From an uncultured Planctomycetia bacterium (lineage in GTDB: Bacteria; Omnitrophota; Gorgyraeia; 2-02-FULL-51-18), in the NCBI GenBank assembly GCA_964402785.1, contig CAYODQ010000001.1:18124-82123 (forward strand): 64,000 nucleotides of DNA, written 5' to 3'. The position numbers and the translations under genes are program-made. This document shows positions 56,013 to 64,000 of the stretch, piece after piece. The notes below the pieces were generated by a model that saw only the letters and a list, made by a program, of their open reading frames with translations, did not search any database and was not told the origin of the DNA. Every line of letters starts with the position of its first letter. The stretch's first letter is position 1.

Positions 56013-57690
56013 CAAGACCTTTTTTTGGTTTTGCTTAGTACTGGTTTTTAGTCTGACGCTTTTCTTTTTCCGCCTGGGCGAGCGGCCTTTGCGTAATCCT
56101 GATGAGGGACGTTATGCGGCCATTGCAAAAGAAATGGTCGTGAGTGGTGATTGGGGTGTGCCGACCTTATTTGGTTTGGCTTATCTCAAAAAACCGATTT
56201 TGTTTTATTGGCTAACCGCCGGCTCTTTTCGGTTTTTGGGTTTTAGTGAGTGGGCTGCGCGTGCAGTACCGGCGCTTTTTGGTGTGCTGGGTGTACTTCT
56301 TGTCTTTTTATTCTGTCTAAAGCACTTCGGAAGAAAAACAGCGGTCACCGGCTGTCTTTTATTGGCTTCCAATTTTTGGTATTTGCAGACCGGGCGTTAT
56401 CTTGTGATCGATATGGTGTTTAGTTTTTTTCTCGTCGCTGCTGCGTTTTCGTTTTACGTGGCCCATGCTTCGACCTCTAAAGGCGCAAAGCGCGTATATT
56501 GGCTATTTTTTGCGCTTTTAGGATGCGCTGTCCTGACCAAGGGGCCTGTGGCAATCGCGGTGTCCGGTAGCTCCATTTTGGCATATTTGGTTTTGACCAG
56601 GCAATTGGGCCGCGCATTGTCGGAGATCAATTGGGTCGTCGGGTTTTTGCTATTTGGACTCATAACGCTGCCATGGTTCATGTGGATCAGCCAAAAGGAG
56701 CCGTTTTTTTTAAAACTTTTTTTTGGGCACGAGAACTGGAATCGTGTTTTTTCATCCGGTTTTGAGCATCAGGAGGGTTGGTATTATTATTTCATGCTGA
56801 TGATTCCAATGTTGATGCCGTGGATCTTGTTTGCGAGGCCTTTCAAATTTTCTTGGCAGGCCGTGGCTCGCGAAAATCGGACGGGTGGGCCACTTTTTTT
56901 TCTTACCGTGTGCGGTGTTGTGACGATCTTATTTTTTTCTTTGGCGAAAGCCAAGCTTGCAACCTACATCTTGCCTAGTGTTGTTTTTCTGTTGATCCCA
57001 CTGGCTCGTGGTTGGGAGCTTTGGCTTGAAGACATGGACGCAAAAGGATCATGGCTCGATTTTTTTCCGATCGTTCTTTTGATGTTGGCGGGGATCGGCT
57101 TGATCGTTGTGTCACCATGGTATGTGCTGGAGCGATCCGCCGGTAAATATCCCGCACAGATTGCAAGTGATTTTCAGTTTATGGGAGGGGTGTTGCTTGC
57201 GGGCGGAGTGTTTGGCATCAAATCCTTGCGGCAAAAGCGCCGAGCAAAGTTGATGTATTCGTTGATAGCTGTATGGGCACTGATCTCGATGATCTTTCCC
57301 GGCGTCATGGAAGCCATGAATCCCAATTATTCCACAAAAGCCTTTGCCAAGGAATTATCTCCCAAGATCAGGCTATCGGAGGACATATATGTGTATGATC
57401 AGCCCGGAGCGTTTTATGATTTTGGATTTTATCTGGATCATCCTGTTAAATTAGTAGGCTTGGAAGGGGAGATGGAGTTTTCCCGCATGGATAAAAAAGC
57501 ATCCAGCGTCTCCGTGACTCGTGATCGGTTCCAAGAGATGCTTGCGGGCAACGAGAAATTCTATTGTTTGATCCGGAAATCAGATTTTATTGATCTACCG
57601 CCTGACATTCAGTCCAGGTTGCGAATCTTGAGAGAAGATAAGCGTAAGGTACTGTTTCAATCGGGAGTACACGAAGGAGCGATGCAATGA
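55969..57690 (+). CDS. ArnT/PMT-like GT-C glycosyltransferase (GT39/GT83 family; undecaprenyl-phosphate sugar dependent)
   Basis: RNPDEGRYAAIAKEMVVSGDWGVPTLFGLAYLKKPILFYW signature loop; about 11 TM; start 55969 overlaps upstream gene by 44 nt. Confidence 0.85.
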   Translation: MLKKINSSQNAPTDNKTFFWFCLVLVFSLTLFFFRLGERPLRNPDEGRYAAIAKEMVVSGDWGVPTLFGLAYLKKPILFYWLTAGSFRFLGFSEWAARAVPALFGVLGVLLVFLFCLKHFGRKTAVTGCLLLASNFWYLQTGRYLVIDMVFSFFLVAAAFSFYVAHASTSKGAKRVYWLFFALLGCAVLTKGPVAIAVSGSSILAYLVLTRQLGRALSEINWVVGFLLFGLITLPWFMWISQKEPFFLKLFFGHENWNRVFSSGFEHQEGWYYYFMLMIPMLMPWILFARPFKFSWQAVARENRTGGPLFFLTVCGVVTILFFSLAKAKLATYILPSVVFLLIPLARGWELWLEDMDAKGSWLDFFPIVLLMLAGIGLIVVSPWYVLERSAGKYPAQIASDFQFMGGVLLAGGVFGIKSLRQKRRAKLMYSLIAVWALISMIFPGVMEAMNPNYSTKAFAKELSPKIRLSEDIYVYDQPGAFYDFGFYLDHPVKLVGLEGEMEFSRMDKKASSVSVTRDRFQEMLAGNEKFYCLIRKSDFIDLPPDIQSRLRILREDKRKVLFQSGVHEGAMQ

Positions 57691-58625
57691 TCGGCACGAT
57701 TACTTTGAACCCATCCATCGACCAACACATCCTTGTTCCTGATTTTGTCAAAGATGATGCCAATCGAGCGACCAAGATCATTGAGACGCCGGGCGGCAAG
57801 GGGATCAATGTTTCAAAGGTGATCCGTGAGTTGGGCGGACAAACGCATGCGTTTGCGCTTTTGGGTGGTTTGACGGGTCAGCGCATACGCGAATTGGTCA
57901 AGAAATTGGATTTTCCTTTGACGTCGGTCGCCATCAAGGGTAATACGAGGGTTAATACTGTTATTTCTGACCTCAAAGATAAAACCCAGTCACGCATCAG
58001 CGCGCCTGGGCCCGAGATGCAAACGCGCGATATTTTGAGATTGGAGCGTGTGTTGTGCCGGTTTCGTCCCAAGCCACGTTTTTGGGCTTTTGGAGGCAGC
58101 TTAGCACCCGGTATGCCTGTCTCAACCTATCGAGATCTGATCCGTTGTCTTCAGAAAAGAGGCGTTCCTTGCATCTTGGATGCGGATAATGAGGGTTTGA
58201 AAATCGGATTGTCGGCAAACCCCTTTATGATCAAGCCCAATGAATTTGAGCTCGAGCGGCTGGTGGGCCGCAAAATGCATTCTATGAAAGATTTTCTGTC
58301 GGCCGCCAGGCATTTGGTGGATCTATATCGCATTCACTTGGTCAGTGTGTCTCTTGGGGCAAAAGGTGCGTTATTTGTTACCTCTGAAGAGGCATTTCAC
58401 GCTTCTGCGCCCGTGGTCAAAGTACGCAGCAAAGTCGGTGCGGGAGACTCGTTGATCGGGGGGGTGCTTTGGGGGTTGGCGAAACGCAAGACACTCAAAG
58501 AAGCCGCCAAGATCGGCATTGCCGCTTCCACGTCGGCGGTCAACCGTGAAGCGCCCCGGTTGTGCCACAAGGCTGATATTTCAGGTCTAGCCCGAAGGGT
58601 TGTTATTCGCGACCTAAAGGTGTAA
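57687..58625 (+). CDS. PfkB-family carbohydrate kinase (1-phosphofructokinase/tagatose-6-P kinase-like)
   Basis: TLNPSID N-terminus, GGKGINVS, C-terminal GAGDS ATP motif; ATGA overlap. Confidence 0.88.
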   Translation: MIGTITLNPSIDQHILVPDFVKDDANRATKIIETPGGKGINVSKVIRELGGQTHAFALLGGLTGQRIRELVKKLDFPLTSVAIKGNTRVNTVISDLKDKTQSRISAPGPEMQTRDILRLERVLCRFRPKPRFWAFGGSLAPGMPVSTYRDLIRCLQKRGVPCILDADNEGLKIGLSANPFMIKPNEFELERLVGRKMHSMKDFLSAARHLVDLYRIHLVSVSLGAKGALFVTSEEAFHASAPVVKVRSKVGAGDSLIGGVLWGLAKRKTLKEAAKIGIAASTSAVNREAPRLCHKADISGLARRVVIRDLKV

Positions 58626-58666
58626 AATACGCTTTCTAAAATTTTCCCTAAGGAGGAATCTTAACC

Positions 58667-59215
58667 ATGTCAGCAGTCGAAACAAAGAACGGAAATTCGC
58701 TTCAAGTAGGTCAGTCTGTGCCTAATTTTGCCGCACAAGCTTTGATGGGTGATGGAAGCTTCAAAGAAGTGAAGTTGTCGGATTATAAAGGAAAATGGGT
58801 TGTCCTTTTCTTCTATCCGCTGGACTTTACCTTTGTTTGCCCCACTGAGATCCAGGGTTTCAACAAGAACTATCAAGAATTCAAAAAGATGAACACCGAG
58901 ATCCTTGGCGCATCCACGGACAGTGTTTATTCTCACAAAGCATGGACCGAGCAGGCGCTTGGGAAGGTCCAGTTCCCGATCTTGGGAGACACTAGCCACT
59001 CTGTCGCGCGCTGTTTCAATGTTCTCTTGGAAGACAAGGGAATTGCGCTTCGCGGGACATTTGTGATCGATCCCAACGGTATTTTAAAGTCAGCCGTTGT
59101 CAATGACCTGCCCGTGGGTCGCAGCATCGAAGAGACTCTGCGCACGGTTCAAGCTTTGCAAACCGGCAAGCTTACGGGTTGTGGTTGGAAGCCCGGCGAA
59201 AAAACCCTAAACTAG
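58667..59215 (+). CDS. Peroxiredoxin (AhpC/TSA 2-Cys type)
   Basis: FYPLDFTFVCPTEI peroxidatic Cys motif; resolving Cys near C-terminus. Confidence 0.93.
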   Translation: MSAVETKNGNSLQVGQSVPNFAAQALMGDGSFKEVKLSDYKGKWVVLFFYPLDFTFVCPTEIQGFNKNYQEFKKMNTEILGASTDSVYSHKAWTEQALGKVQFPILGDTSHSVARCFNVLLEDKGIALRGTFVIDPNGILKSAVVNDLPVGRSIEETLRTVQALQTGKLTGCGWKPGEKTLN

Positions 59216-59248
59216 TTTTTGGGTTTGTATTGACCGGATAATAATTGT

Positions 59249-59287
59249 GTAGGGGCACGGCATATGTCGTGCCCCTACTTCGTTTAG
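59249..59287 (+). terminator. Rho-independent terminator (GTAGGGGCACG-GCATATGT-CGTGCCCCTAC + TTCGTTT)
   Basis: 11-bp perfect stem, short U-rich tail. Confidence 0.72.
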
Positions 59288-59290
59288 AAA

Positions 59291-60616
59291 ATGTCTGATA
59301 AAAAACTCATCGCACTCACGATTTTAAACCGCCTGCGCTCCCAAGGCTACGAAGCCTATTTTGTAGGCGGCTGTGTGCGGGATCTTCTGCTTAAAAAAAC
59401 TCCCAAAGATTTTGATATCGCTACCAATGCCACTCCAGACGTGGTGCAAAAATTATTTACCAGGACAGTGCCTGTGGGCGTGCAATTTGGTGTGGTCTTG
59501 GTGATGGAGGAGGGCTTGTCTTTTGAGGTCGCTACTTTTCGATCCGACAAAGGCTATCAGGATGGGCGTCATCCCAGCAAGATCGAATTCACCAATGCAA
59601 AAGAGGATGCGGTCCGTCGCGATTTTACGGTCAACGGCTTATTTTATGATCCGATCGGGAAAAAAGTTTTGGATTGGGTGGGCGGCGAGAAAGATCTGAA
59701 AAAGAGACTCATTCGTGCGATCGGGGATCCGAAGAAGCGATTTTCTGAGGACAAGCTTAGGATGTTGCGTGCTGTGCGTTTTGCCAGCGTCCTGGGATTT
59801 AAGATCGATCCAAAAACCATGGCATCCGTGCGCGCTTTAGCGCCACAGATCAAAGTGGTTAGCCAGGAACGTATTCGGGAAGAGCTTGTCAAAATGTTCA
59901 CAGGCCCTGATCCTGGCGGAGCACTTCGTCTCTTGGATAAGTCGGGTCTTTTAAAAGAGGTGCTTCCGGAAGTTGAGAAAATGAAAGGCGTGCAGCAGCC
60001 GAGGCAATTTCACCCCGAAGGTGATGTGTTTAAGCATACTTTGATGTTGATGGATCAGCTTAAGAGCCCAAGCGTTGTTTTGGCGTTTGGCTGTCTATTA
60101 CACGATGTGGGAAAGCCTGCCACTTTCAAGCGTCTAGACCGGATACGATTCAATGGCCATGATCGCGTGGGCGCTCGCATGACGGAGACGATCCTGACCC
60201 GTCTGCGTTTTTCAAATGATCTCAAAGAGCAGATCGTGGCTTGTGTCGACGGGCATATGCGATTCAAGGATGTAAAGCAGATGAAGCAAAGCACACTCAA
60301 GAAGTTCATGCAGCGGCCTACCTTTGATACCGAGCTCACTCAGCACAAGATAGATTGTCTTGCTAGTCATGGCGATATCTCGAACTGGCGTTTTTTAAAG
60401 AAGAAGCTCAGCGAATTCAGCGCAGAGCAGATCAGGCCTATTCCGCTCTTGAACGGTAAGGACCTGATCCAGTTGGGCTACAAAGAAGGGCCTCAGATCG
60501 GACAGATCTTAAAAGCGGTCGAAGAAAGACAATTGGAAGGACAGTTGGACAAAAAAGAAGATGCGACTGCGTGGGTTCAGAAACAATATAAAAGAGTTAA
60601 ACCAAGCGGGGGATGA
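59291..60616 (+). CDS. cca: CCA-adding tRNA nucleotidyltransferase with HD domain
   Basis: YFVGGCVRDLLL..DFDIAT polymerase beta head; HD motif LLHDVGK. Confidence 0.9.
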   Translation: MSDKKLIALTILNRLRSQGYEAYFVGGCVRDLLLKKTPKDFDIATNATPDVVQKLFTRTVPVGVQFGVVLVMEEGLSFEVATFRSDKGYQDGRHPSKIEFTNAKEDAVRRDFTVNGLFYDPIGKKVLDWVGGEKDLKKRLIRAIGDPKKRFSEDKLRMLRAVRFASVLGFKIDPKTMASVRALAPQIKVVSQERIREELVKMFTGPDPGGALRLLDKSGLLKEVLPEVEKMKGVQQPRQFHPEGDVFKHTLMLMDQLKSPSVVLAFGCLLHDVGKPATFKRLDRIRFNGHDRVGARMTETILTRLRFSNDLKEQIVACVDGHMRFKDVKQMKQSTLKKFMQRPTFDTELTQHKIDCLASHGDISNWRFLKKKLSEFSAEQIRPIPLLNGKDLIQLGYKEGPQIGQILKAVEERQLEGQLDKKEDATAWVQKQYKRVKPSGG

Positions 60617-61239
60617 TGATGCCAAGGATTATTTTGCAGGGCGGATGGGTGATGATCCCTATTATTTTGGGGTCGGTCGTGGCGTTGGGTTTTGTGCTGG
60701 AAAGAGCCTGGTATTTCTCTTCGATCCGGTTGAATCTTCAGAGATTTACAGATGAAATTTTTTCATCTGTAAAACAGGGGCGATTGGATGATGCGGTAGA
60801 ACTTTGCCGGAAGACAAGGCATCCATTGGGCCGCGTATTCGAGCAAGGCCTAGCGTACGCTGATGAAGATCGGGATGAGATCGAACGGATCATGGAGCGC
60901 GAAGGAAACCGCCAGATCTTGCTGGTCGAAAAAAACCTGACTTCCCTTGTGGTGGTGATCGGCGTTGAGCCCCTGCTGGGGTTTTTGGGCACTATCCTGG
61001 GTTTGATCCAGGCTTTCATGGTTTGGGAGAAATTCTCAACCTCGGTCACCGTGAGTACACTCGCTGCCGGTATCTATCAGGCCATGATCACAACAGCGGC
61101 CGGACTCATCGTGGCGATCCCGTATTACGTGATCTACAATATTTTTCTCTCCAAGGTGAATTCTACGGCTCGCGATATCAATCATTATGGTGATGAGCTG
61201 ATCAGTGTTCTTGTGAAACTTAAAAAGGTATCAAAATGA
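60613..61239 (+). CDS. exbB: MotA/TolQ/ExbB proton-channel family protein
   Basis: 3-TM architecture, conserved TTAAGLIVAIP segment. Confidence 0.88.
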   Translation: MMMPRIILQGGWVMIPIILGSVVALGFVLERAWYFSSIRLNLQRFTDEIFSSVKQGRLDDAVELCRKTRHPLGRVFEQGLAYADEDRDEIERIMEREGNRQILLVEKNLTSLVVVIGVEPLLGFLGTILGLIQAFMVWEKFSTSVTVSTLAAGIYQAMITTAAGLIVAIPYYVIYNIFLSKVNSTARDINHYGDELISVLVKLKKVSK

Positions 61240-61658
61240 AGGTTCAGGTATCCAAAAAATCGTTTCTATCCCTCGAATCGGTTGCCATGACGGATATCGT
61301 GATGAATTTATTCATATTCTTTTTTATCAGCTTTAGCTTGCTTTACACATTCAATCCCAACAAAGAATCCAAGATCGAGGTCAAGCTTCCCGAGGGCGTC
61401 ACTCAAAAGGAAGGGAAATCGGAAGAGCCTCTTGTGATATCGATCACCGCAGGAAACGAGATCTTTGTGGGGTCTACCCGCGTATTGCCCGACGCCATCA
61501 AAAAAGAAATAGAAAAAAGAAGTCCTTCCGAAAAAAAATCAGGGGTCCTGGTCAAATCCGATAAATCCGCCTCGGTGGATTATCTGGTCAAAGCTCTGGA
61601 CGCCGCCAAACAAGCCGGAATTCAGAAGCTAGGCGTCGCCATCCAACAGCAAGGGTAA
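61236..61658 (+). CDS. exbD: ExbD/TolR biopolymer transport protein
   Basis: N-terminal TM MTDIVMNLFIFFFISF, periplasmic ExbD fold motifs. Confidence 0.85.
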   Translation: MKVQVSKKSFLSLESVAMTDIVMNLFIFFFISFSLLYTFNPNKESKIEVKLPEGVTQKEGKSEEPLVISITAGNEIFVGSTRVLPDAIKKEIEKRSPSEKKSGVLVKSDKSASVDYLVKALDAAKQAGIQKLGVAIQQQG

Positions 61659-61663
61659 CAGAT

Positions 61664-61790
61664 AATAATCAGCTTAAAAGCCTCAGATGCGAGGCGCGAG
61701 AGAGCGAGCGAGGAGGCGCTATGGTAATAGCGTCGCACAAGCGAACGAGCTGTGTAACGACGCAGATGAGGCTTTTTGAGCTGATTATTA
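61664..61790. repeat. MITE-like palindromic intergenic repeat, copy B (same family as 12238-12384, opposite orientation, lacks the palindromic core insert)
   Basis: TIRs ATCAGCTTAAAAGCCTCAG / AGATGAGGCTTTTTGAGCTGAT; internal GAGGAGGCGCTATGGTAATAGCGTCGCACAAGCGAACGAG matches reverse complement of copy A. Confidence 0.7.
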
Positions 61791-61897
61791 AGATTTGTTA
61801 AAAATTAGTGTAAATCTGTTAAAAGATATGGTAGAATTCTGAAGATATAGGAAGCCAGCTTGGTCACGGCAAACTTTTAGGAGAAAAGAGGAACCAT

Positions 61898-62131
61898 ATG
61901 CCAGAAGACAGAGAGAGTAAGGATAAGAAACCACAGCGTACCCAGATCATGACGCTCAAGGAAGTGGCGAAATATTTGGGCGTTCATTCGATGACGGTGT
62001 ATCGCCTTTTAAAAGAAAAGAAGTTGCCTGGATTCAAAGTGGGCGGCCAATGGCGCACCAAGAAAGAAGTGCTGGATAATTACCTGCTTCGGGAAATCGA
62101 AAAAAACCCGCAAGAATTCAAAAAAAAGTAA
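61898..62131 (+). CDS. Excisionase-family (MerR-like) HTH DNA-binding protein
   Basis: MTLKEVAKYLGVHSMTVYRLLKEKKLPGFKVGGQWR. Confidence 0.7.
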   Translation: MPEDRESKDKKPQRTQIMTLKEVAKYLGVHSMTVYRLLKEKKLPGFKVGGQWRTKKEVLDNYLLREIEKNPQEFKKK

Positions 62132-62143
62132 TATAGCTCTTCT

Positions 62144-63052
62144 ATGGAAGTTCGCATGAAGTCACCTCTGACTTCAGCGGAGAGGATCCGTCGAGTCAAG
62201 GTCATCCTATGGGTGACTCTGATCCTCAACTGGGGCACCGCTCTCCTGAAGATCACTTATGGGTGGGCGACTCATACCATGGTCATCACGGCTGACGGAT
62301 TTCATTCCTTGTCGGATGGCACTTCGAATATCATCGGGCTTATTGCGATCGCGATATCCGGCCACCCAGCTGACGAAAATCATCCCTATGGCCATGAAAA
62401 GTACGAGACCATGGCGTCTATTGTTATTGCGATGCTGCTTCTGGTGGTTTCTTATGGCATTTTTTATCAGGCGTTTTTGGGTCTTCAAAATCCTCGTCAA
62501 CCGGAAGTAACCCCGCTTAGCTTTATCCTGATGGGCGGTACTTTATTGGTGAATATCTTGATCGTTTGTATGGAGAGATGGGGAGCCAAGGAATTCCAGA
62601 GCGAGATCTTGCACAGCGATTCATGGCATACCCTGACAGATATTTTTATTACGATGGGTATTTTTGTAGCGCTGGCAGCTATACGTTTCAATATACCCAT
62701 CCTTGACCCGCTTTTCTCAATGTTGATAGCTGGGATCATTGCGTATGTCGCTTTTCGTATTTTAAAGCAAAGCTCCGATGTGTTGTGCGATAAGGCTGTG
62801 TTTTCGACGGACGACATCGAGACAATAGTTCGGAAAGTGCCAGGTGTTTCGGATTGCCACGAGATACGGACTCGAGGGAAAAATCACGCCGGTTATGTGG
62901 ATCTGCATGTTTTGGTCGACCCCCACATGTCGGTGCAAGAATCTCATCGCTTGGCAAATATCATCGAGCGTGATATTAAAGAGGGACTGCCGGGCGTGCT
63001 GGATGTGGTGGTGCATATAGAACCCACCACGCACGACCATGATGAGCTATAA
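62144..63052 (+). CDS. Cation diffusion facilitator family metal efflux transporter
   Basis: HSLSDGTSN..HxxxD metal sites, 6 TM + cytoplasmic domain. Confidence 0.92.
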   Translation: MEVRMKSPLTSAERIRRVKVILWVTLILNWGTALLKITYGWATHTMVITADGFHSLSDGTSNIIGLIAIAISGHPADENHPYGHEKYETMASIVIAMLLLVVSYGIFYQAFLGLQNPRQPEVTPLSFILMGGTLLVNILIVCMERWGAKEFQSEILHSDSWHTLTDIFITMGIFVALAAIRFNIPILDPLFSMLIAGIIAYVAFRILKQSSDVLCDKAVFSTDDIETIVRKVPGVSDCHEIRTRGKNHAGYVDLHVLVDPHMSVQESHRLANIIERDIKEGLPGVLDVVVHIEPTTHDHDEL

Positions 63053-63081
63053 TAAGTAACATTCTAAATATTAGGGAACTT

Positions 63082-63450
63082 ATGACAGAAAAAAAGCTTT
63101 TAGTGATCGATGATGAGCCCAATTTTGCCGAGATGATATCGGAGTATTTCAAGTCAAAGGGTTATGATGCGCGCATGGCACTCAATCTGGAAGATGCGAT
63201 CAATGTATTTCGCACTCTGAAGCCCAAGGTTGTGCTGCTGGATTTCAATATGCCCATGGTGACGGGTGACAAATTTTTACCCATTCTTCAGACCATGAAC
63301 CCGCTTGTGAAGATCATCGTCGTGACGGGCATGATCCAAGAAGAGGTAGAGGAGAAATTCAAAGGCCTGGGGTATTATGGTTTTTTTGAAAAAGGAACCA
63401 CGCCCTTGGAAAAAATGCTCCAGAAGGTCAACGAGGCTTTGGAGGCCTAG
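63082..63450 (+). CDS. Single-domain response regulator (REC only)
   Basis: LLVIDDEPN..VLLDFNMPMV..VVTG. Confidence 0.85.
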   Translation: MTEKKLLVIDDEPNFAEMISEYFKSKGYDARMALNLEDAINVFRTLKPKVVLLDFNMPMVTGDKFLPILQTMNPLVKIIVVTGMIQEEVEEKFKGLGYYGFFEKGTTPLEKMLQKVNEALEA

Positions 63451-63453
63451 TCT

Positions 63454-64000
63454 ATGAAGAGGCTTGGGATCATTCTATTTGTTGTTATCGTGGTTTTTTT
63501 TACTTTCCTGGTTGGCAAAAATCTGCTTGCCAAGTCTTTACTGGCAGGCGGCCTCTCACAAGCGGCTCATGTGCCGGTTAGCATCGGAAGCACTCGTGTT
63601 GAGCTTAAAAACGCAAAAATTAGCCTAAAAGATCTTCGTGTTAAGAATCCTCGCGGCTTCCATGAGGATTTGATGCTGGATGCGCCCGAGATAGCCATTG
63701 ATTTTGATCTGAAAGCGTTTTGGCAGGGGAAAACCCATTTTCAAGAAGTCCGGCTGGACTTGTCGGAGCTTGTGGTGATCCGTAACCGTGATGGGCAGCT
63801 CAATGTGGATGCATTGAGGCCTAAAGATACATCTCGCAAAGAGTCAGGGCAACAGGCCTCTTCCGCTAAGACCGCAACGCCCAAATTCCTTATCGATAAG
63901 CTCATTTTGACGGTCGGCAAGGTGACCTATAAAGATTATTCGGTGGGTCCCGAGCCGGCTATTCAAGAGTTCAATGTGGGTATCCGGGGTCGTGAATACA
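63454..64000 (+). CDS. AsmA-like outer-membrane assembly family protein, 3'-truncated at window edge (open frame not in the ORF track because no stop is reached)
   Basis: ATG63454 then uninterrupted frame to nt 64000; N-terminal TM + SIGSTRVELKNAKISLKDLRVKNPRGF typical of AsmA N-termini. Confidence 0.5.
   Translation, partial: MKRLGIILFVVIVVFFTFLVGKNLLAKSLLAGGLSQAAHVPVSIGSTRVELKNAKISLKDLRVKNPRGFHEDLMLDAPEIAIDFDLKAFWQGKTHFQEVRLDLSELVVIRNRDGQLNVDALRPKDTSRKESGQQASSAKTATPKFLIDKLILTVGKVTYKDYSVGPEPAIQEFNVGIRGREY

Noticed and set aside
1-64000. CRISPR arrays, rRNA/tRNA genes, transposases/integrases
   Set aside because: No regularly spaced direct repeats, no rRNA/tRNA-like conserved blocks and no recombinase-like ORFs were seen. 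The repeats present are palindromic MITE-like elements without coding capacity.

Overview
This is a bacterial chromosomal segment of roughly 50% GC that is densely coding. About 70 of about 76 CDS lie on the + strand, and many adjacent genes overlap by 4 nt (ATGA/GTGA), which suggests translational coupling. All calls are read by eye from the supplied six-frame translations and the raw sequence. No homology search, HMM scan, RNA-folding or composition calculation was run.

The backbone is housekeeping: gatA (5' truncated), gatB, a PDZ/S41 C-terminal processing protease, tsaD, polA, glgA, coaE, rho, rpmE, prfA, prmC, murA, rpsP, trmD, rplS, rnhB, guaA, rarA, the livJHMGF ABC transporter, a low-molecular-weight PBP, maf, greA, dus, bipA/typA, an rluB-type pseudouridine synthase, grxC, mgtE, cca, exbBD and a CDF exporter.

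The accessory content worth a second look:
1. A roughly 660-bp non-coding island (21.7-22.4 kb) made of two tandem, mutually related giant imperfect palindromes of about 290 and 240 bp. The first carries a perfectly palindromic 20-mer, CCTGCCTGCCGGCAGGCAGG.
2. A MITE-like palindromic repeat family of about 130-150 bp with copies just after rpmE and just after exbD, in opposite orientations. The rpmE copy carries a near-identical version of the same 20-nt core as an insertion.
3. Immediately downstream of the island, an operon rarA → Rho paralogue with only the C-terminal ATPase/translocase domain (no N-terminal RNA-binding domain) → small membrane protein → GT8 → PhyH-like Fe/2OG oxygenase → GT8.
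4. A two-component cluster (27.8-33.4 kb) in which a periplasmic Cu/Zn superoxide dismutase is translationally coupled to a sensor kinase and a receiver-only regulator. No response regulator in the window has a DNA-binding output domain.
5. Three tandem single-domain PilZ paralogues; the third has a degenerate c-di-GMP motif.
6. A low-GC, probably horizontally acquired hypothetical gene with a canonical sigma70 promoter abutting its ATG, followed by another roughly 250-bp inverted-repeat element upstream of bipA.
7. A Cys/Lys-rich small secreted protein, and an ArnT-like glycosyltransferase coupled to a PfkB kinase.

No rRNA, tRNA, CRISPR array, transposase or integrase was recognised.
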